From Edaphobacter aggregans (GTDB taxonomy: Bacteria > Acidobacteriota > Terriglobia > Terriglobales > Acidobacteriaceae): DNA of 32,000 nucleotides. The notes beneath the pieces were generated by a model. The model was not told where the DNA came from, ran no database searches, and saw nothing but the letters and a program-made list of their open reading frames with translations. The DNA lies in assembly GCF_003945235.1 (NCBI RefSeq), contig NZ_RSDW01000001.1:4950001-4982000 (forward strand), read 5' to 3'. The position numbers were made by a program, and so were the translations under genes. This document shows, piece by piece, positions 26,411 to 32,000 of the stretch. Within the stretch, counting starts at the first letter, position 1. Each line of letters starts with the position of its first letter.

Positions 26411-27154
26411 ATGGAAGAGAGGAATAAGCAACGAGAGCCAAAGTTCTATGAGATGGATGGCGCTCTGCGCGCCTATTCAAACCGCAGTATTGCAATCGCC
26501 GGGGTGATGGGCCTTACCGCACTGATCGCGGTAATGGGGTTCTTCTTTGTCAGGATGCAACCGCCAACCGTCATCAAGGTGGATAGTGCAGGACAGGCGC
26601 AGGTCGTCAGCCCATACGGGGCCAGCGCGCATCGTGGGTTGTTGCCGTCGGTTCTTGCATCAGCCAGGACCGTGGGGCCGGACGAGTATGAGAAGCAGGC
26701 TTTCATCAAGCAGTTTCTTGGCCACTATCTCTCCTATGACCCGCACACCCTGGGCCAGAACTGGGCAGACGCCATGAACATGATGACGAGCAATCTGCGC
26801 CACACAGCTATTCAGCAGCTCCAAAAGGACAACGCCGTCGGCAAACTCGAGAACGAGCAGGCAATGTCGACTCTTAAGCTGGGCAGCCTTGAACCCAACA
26901 AGGAGAACCCTCTGACCTACGAGGCCTTTGGCGTACGCACGGTTCATCGAATGGTCAACGAGCACGAAATTACCGACAAGCTGGTGGAGCAATATCACCT
27001 GCGGTTGGTGAGCATGGAGCGTTCGGCCGACAATCCTGATGGCTTGTTAGTAGGTGAGTACTGGTCCAGGCAGATCGAGGGTGAAAAGCGCGATGCCGTG
27101 CTCGGAGCTATACCTGGTGTCGAATCGGAAAATACAGGAGGTGAAAACAACTGA
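26411..27154 (+). CDS. VirB8/TrbF-like protein
   Basis: Short cytoplasmic N-terminus, one TM (IAIAGVMGLTALIAVMGFFFV), and a periplasmic domain of about 190 aa. GGAGG lies before ATG 26411. The longer track ORF overlaps the virB6 3' end. Confidence 0.6.
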   Translation: MEERNKQREPKFYEMDGALRAYSNRSIAIAGVMGLTALIAVMGFFFVRMQPPTVIKVDSAGQAQVVSPYGASAHRGLLPSVLASARTVGPDEYEKQAFIKQFLGHYLSYDPHTLGQNWADAMNMMTSNLRHTAIQQLQKDNAVGKLENEQAMSTLKLGSLEPNKENPLTYEAFGVRTVHRMVNEHEITDKLVEQYHLRLVSMERSADNPDGLLVGEYWSRQIEGEKRDAVLGAIPGVESENTGGENN

Positions 27155-27444
27155 TGAGTACAGCCACGGTCAATACACTTGCGGAGCTCGTGCGCAATGA
27201 TAAGCCGCGCCGAACCCGGAGAACCCAGGAGAAGCCCGACACTGTTACCACGCGCTTCTTCATGGGGGATTCAGGAGAGGGTTCAATATCGCTGACGCAG
27301 GAGTTCGCAAGCGAAGTCGAAGCACAACTAGAGTCGTTGAAGCTCAACCGGCCCTACTACACGCTTGAATCCTGGAGAGCGGTAGCGGATCTGAGTAATG
27401 GAAGTATCGCTGTGCAGAAGCGCGCTGCTAGTAGCAGGACCTAG
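27154..27444 (+). CDS. Hypothetical protein (96 aa), coupled to virB8-like gene
   Basis: TGATG overlap with the upstream stop. Basic N-terminus (KPRRTRRTQEKP). No domain recognised. Confidence 0.4.
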   Translation: MSTATVNTLAELVRNDKPRRTRRTQEKPDTVTTRFFMGDSGEGSISLTQEFASEVEAQLESLKLNRPYYTLESWRAVADLSNGSIAVQKRAASSRT

Positions 27445-27516
27445 ACGCGGCCGGCGGACAAGATCAGAAAAATCGTCACGTTAGCCAATGCTACCGTTTC
27501 GGTTTTCTCTGAGCCA

Positions 27517-27539
27517 CCTTGCGGGCTTTACTCGCAAGG
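27517..27539 (+). terminator. Hairpin CCTTGCG-N9-CGCAAGG after the virB2-virB8 block (weak terminator candidate)
   Basis: 7-bp perfect stem followed by ATTTGT. Lies 73 nt after the stop at 27444. Confidence 0.3.
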
Positions 27540-27682
27540 ATTTGTCCCGCTGACCCGGCTGCTTCAAGCCTGGTTAGTCCCTTCAACAGGGCATGAAAGA
27601 CCAGGCAAAGCCGGAGATGCGGTCCTCTCTACGGTATTGCCGGTCTCTTCGTGTCGCAACCACCAGCACAAGGAGACTCGCT

Positions 27683-30103
27683 ATGCACACGATGGAAGGA
27701 AACCGAATCGTGATGTTGGACATACAAAAAAACGGCAGCATCGTCGAGCGTATCCCCGGCGTAGGCCAGGATTCGACGACAGCGAACACGCTGCTCGGAG
27801 CTATGTATCCCGACGTCAAGGTCGCAATCGTAAGCGTCCCGACCGAGGTTCTCGAAGACTTCGAGGAAGCGGCGGTAGCGCGCACACTCACCGGCATTCG
27901 TCACAGCGGAGTGCACCTCAAGATGGTCGGAGCCTCCGGTTCGGCCAAAAACGGCAAATACTACTTCTGCGACGCTGCCCACGAGTCCCTGCTCGCGAGA
28001 CGCTTCGAGATGTGGCCTGAAGCCGCTATCACCTACTTCGGCATCCTTGTATCCAACCTCAAAGTGGTTCGCAAGGAAGCTGATCAGGTTGTCCTCGTCG
28101 TTCCCGACCTGAAGCTTGGTACCAACGATTGCAGAGGTTGGATCAGAAGAAGTCTCTTTCTGAAGCTACGGCTTCCGGAGGGGTACTTCTATCAGTTCCG
28201 TCTTGCATTCGAGAATACCCAGGCTAAGGGCAGCTTCAAGATCATGGAGGATGATGTTGCCGATGCACTTGGCTGCGACATCATTCTTCCGGAAAGCTCG
28301 GTCAAACCCGGATTGAGGAAGCAGTCTGTTCTCAGTACTGTTCTCGGTTCGGATGTACGCACGTTTCGTGGCCCGATCGTCTTAGGCATCCGGGAGATCT
28401 CTCGGCCGCTGACATTCGAATCGAGTTACACCGTGCTGCAGCACGCCCCGGTCGACGCAATTGCCACTGAGATTGTGCCGCAGGCGCGTGAAAAGATCGA
28501 CATCCTGAAAGCTGCATGGCGGGAGCGTAATCACGAAGTGATCGTCGAGATGATTGGTTCCGCGATCCGTTCCGATGATGAATCCGGGGAAGAAGAGTTC
28601 CAGAGAATCATCGAAGCGACCCTGCTTGCCGATGGAAGTGGGGAGCTTACACGGCATCCTTACATTCATCGCCAGTTGGACCGCCTTCTCGCACGCTGGG
28701 CTTACAAACTCATGACCGGCGGAGGCCTTGATCTACCGGCGTTCGCGCTGGCCGATGATGGCATCCTCTACCTTCATAACGGCAAAGTGATGTCGGCAGC
28801 CGATTGGATGCCGCGTGACTCGGCCATCAGCTCCAGCACTTCGGATCGGAGTCTTTGCGTTCGATATCCGGTTCGAATGAAGGAAGATCTGCTGCCCATG
28901 ATCCACCTTACTGCTGGTGAAACGGCCAATCTGCTTGCCGATCTCCAGGGCCTCTCGTTGGAATTTGCGCTGAGAATTACCACCGAGCAATTGACGCTGA
29001 AAGGCACGTATACCCTCCACTCCGAGACCGCCAAGCTGAATGGTGGCGACTTCGATTTTGACTGGGTATGCATCCTCGAGAGCGAACGCTTTCCGTTGTT
29101 CGTTGCGGACCGCTTCGCCCTGGTGGACGAACACAAGGTCACGAAGACCAAGCACGAGCGTGTGAAGTCTCCGTGGTTCAATCTTGAGTTCGTTGCCTTG
29201 AAGTCACGGGGCAATCAGATTGGTGTGATTACGGACCTGATGAGTTCCTGCGTCGCTGCCGATCGTCACGACTTGCTCTATGAGCTCGTCGCCGAACTGC
29301 AGAAAGAGATCGATTCGCTCAAGCACAATATCCGTGCAGATCGAAGCAAGCTGCACTCGATTAGAACCGAGGTTGGAAACGCGGCTTGGCTCTCTCTCAA
29401 GAATGCCAAGACCGTGTCTGAACTTCCGATATGTCTCGAGGTTTCGAAGACGGACCGGATAGGCAACCTGTACAACGTGCTCCGCAAAGACATCGCGGAC
29501 CTGTTGGAAAGGCCGTTTCCGATCGAGCAGTTTCGAGGCCTGATCACTGGCGGAGATATCTCGAGAGAGATATTTCAGGAAGTGCGCCTGGTGAATACCG
29601 TCTATGCAGCAGGGCACGGTGTCATTCAGAAAGCGTTTCTTGAAGCCAAGGACGTCTATGAAAAGGCACAGGAACGGGTAACGGCCGCCGTTCAATCCGG
29701 TGACCAGAACTCGATCAAGCACATGAAGAGGGAACTCGCGAAAGCGAGTGCCAACTTCCGTCGTGTTGAAGAGTCCACACGCGATCAGTCTCGCTCGCTC
29801 CAGGCCATCATGTCGTTCTGGGGGCAGGGCAAGCATGAGAACCGTGAGGGCTGGTGCTCTGCTCTCCACACCATCGTTTCGCGTGGAAAGGGAATGGGGT
29901 CAATTCTGTTCCATGCGTTTCCTCAGGAGGTAGTTAACGCAATTGCAGAACGGACCGGGGGCAAGAAAACCATGCTTCAGATGAAAGATAAAGAGGGCTC
30001 CGTCGTTATCGAAGGAGGCTCCTTCTTTTTCGTTCGCGGTACGCAAAAGAGCCTTATTTTCCGGTTGGATTGGGAGAAAGGATCGCTTGTGTACCGACAA
30101 TGA
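27683..30103 (+). CDS. Single-chain two-barrel (double-psi beta-barrel) RNA polymerase-like protein, YonO / cellular RdRP-like
   Basis: Barrel 1: YQFRLAFENTQAKGSFKIMEDDVADALGCDIILPESSVKP (compare beta-subunit GDK..RHGNKGV.S....EDMP...G..DI.LNP.G..SR and RdRP Q.R.gG.KG). Barrel 2: CVRYPVRMKEDLLPM...LHSETAKLNGGDFDFDWVCI (compare beta' NR.PTLH...NADFDGD and RdRP DxDGD). AAGGAGA RBS lies 6 nt before ATG 27683. Confidence 0.55.
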   Translation: MHTMEGNRIVMLDIQKNGSIVERIPGVGQDSTTANTLLGAMYPDVKVAIVSVPTEVLEDFEEAAVARTLTGIRHSGVHLKMVGASGSAKNGKYYFCDAAHESLLARRFEMWPEAAITYFGILVSNLKVVRKEADQVVLVVPDLKLGTNDCRGWIRRSLFLKLRLPEGYFYQFRLAFENTQAKGSFKIMEDDVADALGCDIILPESSVKPGLRKQSVLSTVLGSDVRTFRGPIVLGIREISRPLTFESSYTVLQHAPVDAIATEIVPQAREKIDILKAAWRERNHEVIVEMIGSAIRSDDESGEEEFQRIIEATLLADGSGELTRHPYIHRQLDRLLARWAYKLMTGGGLDLPAFALADDGILYLHNGKVMSAADWMPRDSAISSSTSDRSLCVRYPVRMKEDLLPMIHLTAGETANLLADLQGLSLEFALRITTEQLTLKGTYTLHSETAKLNGGDFDFDWVCILESERFPLFVADRFALVDEHKVTKTKHERVKSPWFNLEFVALKSRGNQIGVITDLMSSCVAADRHDLLYELVAELQKEIDSLKHNIRADRSKLHSIRTEVGNAAWLSLKNAKTVSELPICLEVSKTDRIGNLYNVLRKDIADLLERPFPIEQFRGLITGGDISREIFQEVRLVNTVYAAGHGVIQKAFLEAKDVYEKAQERVTAAVQSGDQNSIKHMKRELAKASANFRRVEESTRDQSRSLQAIMSFWGQGKHENREGWCSALHTIVSRGKGMGSILFHAFPQEVVNAIAERTGGKKTMLQMKDKEGSVVIEGGSFFFVRGTQKSLIFRLDWEKGSLVYRQ

Positions 30104-30221
30104 CGTCGACTATCCGCTTGACCACGGATATAACCACAACCCTCCAGATGGAGGAGATCAACCACCGTCGTGGTGGCCTCCTTCAAAAGGAGGCTATCAA
30201 GCGCAGGAAAGGGAGACAACA

Positions 30222-30461
30222 ATGCAGATTCTTTTCTGGCGTGTGGAACGGTCCACCAAGTCAAGCCTAACCGCGGTACGCATCAACGTGCAGCGCAATT
30301 CTGAAGGCTACGTTTACCAATGGAAAGTGGCCGACAGAAAGCGGCGACTCAGTAAGCGAGAGCTGCACGAACTAGATATGAGGGTAGCCAAGTATGTGGC
30401 CACTCGAAACGACAACCCTCCGGCGCGACCGGAGCACAAAACATACTTTGCACATCTTTAG
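30222..30461 (+). CDS. Hypothetical basic protein (79 aa)
   Basis: GGGAGA RBS before ATG 30222. The N-terminal part of the 124-aa track ORF overlaps the polymerase 3' end and is low-complexity. Confidence 0.4.
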   Translation: MQILFWRVERSTKSSLTAVRINVQRNSEGYVYQWKVADRKRRLSKRELHELDMRVAKYVATRNDNPPARPEHKTYFAHL

Positions 30462-30527
30462 AACCTGCAAAGTTTCACCAGGGAGAGGTCCTCATGACTC
30501 TCCTTCGGTGATGGAAAGGGACGATTT

Positions 30528-31379
30528 ATGAGGTCTAGGGTAGCAGCTCTAATCCTGGCCGTCGGGAGCGTTGCCTCGGCTCAGACCATCACACACCAAC
30601 AGGTTAACTCCAATATTGTTACTCCGGTTGCGACAGCGTTGAACCACCTCAGCCTGATCGAGCTTCCGGAACCGATCACCCGGGCAGCGGTGGGCAGCGA
30701 CGACATCCGCATCGAATGGCACGGCAATACTGTTGCTCTCAAGCCCATCCGGCAGGGCCAGTCCACAAATCTCTTTGTATGGACCGAACATACCCAGTCT
30801 ACTTACGAGATTCTTCCTCCAGGCGATGTGAAGGGCGCGTCTTTTGTCATCGACGAATCGAACGGGTTTGGGTCTGCGCCGACCGAATCCCAGGTGAAGG
30901 TCAGCGAGACGGACATCCAGAAGGCCGCCGATACGCTCATCGCCCAGGCGATGTTGCAAAGCTCGCTTGTCGACAGCCGCGAGATCAAGGACGCAAAAAA
31001 ACATATCAATGTGCGCATCACGGAGGTTGTGCGCGACAAGGATACCCTTTATGTCCGCTATACCCTCTCCAATCCGAGCCGGCACGCGTACCGGGTGAGC
31101 GATCCAGCGGTATTCACCTTCAGTCCAAACGATGTCAGGGACGTGGTGGGCTCGCTCAAGGGGATACAGATTCCGCAACAAAAGATGGATGCGCTGGGTT
31201 CGGGTACAACGTCCACTGTCATCGTTCGGGAGGCGCATATCGCGAGCCGTGATCTGAATCCGGGCCAGACGGTCGATGGCGTGGTGTGCTTCAAAGAGGC
31301 AGACGCGAAACCGATCGTCTATCGCTTCGTGTTTGGAAACGACGAGTCGCATCCGGTCAGCGCGGCGGCGGTGCTGTGA
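30528..31379 (+). CDS. VirB9/TrbG-like protein (paralog 2)
   Basis: Signal peptide (ALILAVGSVASAQ). The N-domain has LSLIELPEPITRAAVGSDDIRIEWHGNTVALKPIRQGQSTNLFVWTEHTQSTYEIL. The C-domain has LYVRYTLSNPSRHAYRVSDP...GQTVDGVVCF, which parallels 15731's LVAYSVRNQSNHWIEVLPP...GERVDGVVTF. Confidence 0.55.
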   Translation: MRSRVAALILAVGSVASAQTITHQQVNSNIVTPVATALNHLSLIELPEPITRAAVGSDDIRIEWHGNTVALKPIRQGQSTNLFVWTEHTQSTYEILPPGDVKGASFVIDESNGFGSAPTESQVKVSETDIQKAADTLIAQAMLQSSLVDSREIKDAKKHINVRITEVVRDKDTLYVRYTLSNPSRHAYRVSDPAVFTFSPNDVRDVVGSLKGIQIPQQKMDALGSGTTSTVIVREAHIASRDLNPGQTVDGVVCFKEADAKPIVYRFVFGNDESHPVSAAAVL

Positions 31380-31603
31380 TGGCTTTGACGGAGTGCCTCA
31401 CATCGAAGGAGGCGCAGGAGCTCCTCCTTCTCGCATATAGAGATGGAGGAGCTGATCCCCTTCGAGCATACGCGGTGCGGCCGTTCCTCAATCCCATCGA
31501 ACAACGCAACGAAAAGAACAAGCGGAAGGCCCATCCCATGTTTGTGGTTGCGCTCCTGCTTCTGGCAGCGGCGATCCTGGCAGCATGGTTCTTTTCTCGT
31601 TGA
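31379..31603 (+). CDS. Small protein with C-terminal TM anchor (74 aa)
   Basis: ATGA overlap with the upstream stop. The C-terminus PMFVVALLLLAAAILAAWFF is hydrophobic. Confidence 0.4.
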   Translation: MALTECLTSKEAQELLLLAYRDGGADPLRAYAVRPFLNPIEQRNEKNKRKAHPMFVVALLLLAAAILAAWFFSR

Positions 31604-31610
31604 GGTCATC

Positions 31611-32000
31611 ATGCCACCTGTCCAGCAGAACCGCGCCCGCCGGCGAAATGATGCAGAAGATCTCATGCTCATCGTGTGGTTGGCTTTATTTCTAGTGGTC
31701 GGCGCCCTCTACTATCTTGCTTATAGTCGCTTCCATATCCGCGTGAACCAGCTGGTTGAGTTGTCGTTTTACCTGCTGCTCGCCGCCGTATTTCTCTACG
31801 AGTGGCTCCGTTACGCCATGACACGAGAGGAAAAGATGGAGGAAGTGTGGCCGCGGCCGGTGCCGTATATCTCCCCAGGTGAGGACCGGCGACAGGTCGA
31901 GCTGGCGCGGGCGAAGCAATCCGTTCTGTTGGGCTACGACATCTTTGGCAAGCCGGTCACCTGGTTAAATGAGACCCGCACCTATCAGGCGAATTGCTTC
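31611..32000 (+). CDS. N-terminal part of a probable type IV coupling protein (VirD4/TraD/TraG-like); truncated by the window edge
   Basis: Frame open from ATG 31611 to the window end (130 codons; not in the track because there is no stop). Two N-terminal TMs, then SVLLGYDIFGKPVTWLNETRTYQANCF, which resembles the segment just before the Walker A motif in T4CPs. Confidence 0.4.
   Translation, partial: MPPVQQNRARRRNDAEDLMLIVWLALFLVVGALYYLAYSRFHIRVNQLVELSFYLLLAAVFLYEWLRYAMTREEKMEEVWPRPVPYISPGEDRRQVELARAKQSVLLGYDIFGKPVTWLNETRTYQANCF

Larger units (their letters stand above)
11965..32000. mobile_element. Integrative conjugative element / genomic island (partial; continues beyond the right edge)
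   Basis: tRNA/tmRNA 3' fragment at the border, a drop in GC over roughly 12.0-14.2 kb, an Xis/AlpA-like HTH, a decayed ATPase gene, then a full T4SS gene set and the start of a coupling protein. Integrase and relaxase are not in the window. Confidence 0.7.

Noticed and set aside
27593-27682. Longest-ORF start for the polymerase-like gene
   Set aside because: No RBS is present. ATG 27683 is preceded by AAGGAGA at optimal spacing, and the extra 30 aa are Arg/Ser-rich.

Overview
High-GC chromosome with an Acidobacteria-like gene set; the duplicated orphan MacB-type (ADOP) permease is the main clue to that assignment. Positions 1-11.7 kb look like ordinary core genome. They hold an ECF42-type sigma factor with neighbouring dihydrofolate-reductase-family and YCII/DGPF genes, a VOC/glyoxalase gene, an ADOP permease, a minus-strand marR-isochorismatase-membrane-MFS operon, and katG. 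At 11965-11992 a 28-nt T-arm/acceptor/CCA fragment of a tRNA- or tmRNA-like gene, followed by its own terminator, marks the border of an accessory region that runs off the right edge (at least 20 kb). I read this region as an integrative conjugative element (ICE). It opens with a visibly more AT-rich, partly decayed stretch containing an Xis/AlpA-like HTH gene and a multiply frameshifted ABC/OLD-type ATPase remnant. A tightly coupled type IV secretion (mating-pair formation) gene set follows: MoxR-like AAA+, VirB1-, VirB9- and VirB10-like genes, then VirB2-, VirB3-, VirB4-, two VirB5-, VirB6- and VirB8-like genes, then a second VirB9-like gene and the start of a coupling protein. The most unusual items are: (i) an ~806-aa protein whose motifs match a single-chain two-barrel RNA polymerase (YonO / cellular RdRP-like, DFDFD metal motif), sitting inside the conjugation module; (ii) eleven perfect 35-bp tandem repeats placed exactly between the virB10 terminator and the pilin operon; (iii) five VirB2-pilin-like modules spread over three genes, two of them internally duplicated; (iv) a MoxR-type AAA+ ATPase translationally coupled to the T4SS head, with no VirB11 visible. 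All functional calls come from motif recognition by eye on the supplied translations. No database search was run.
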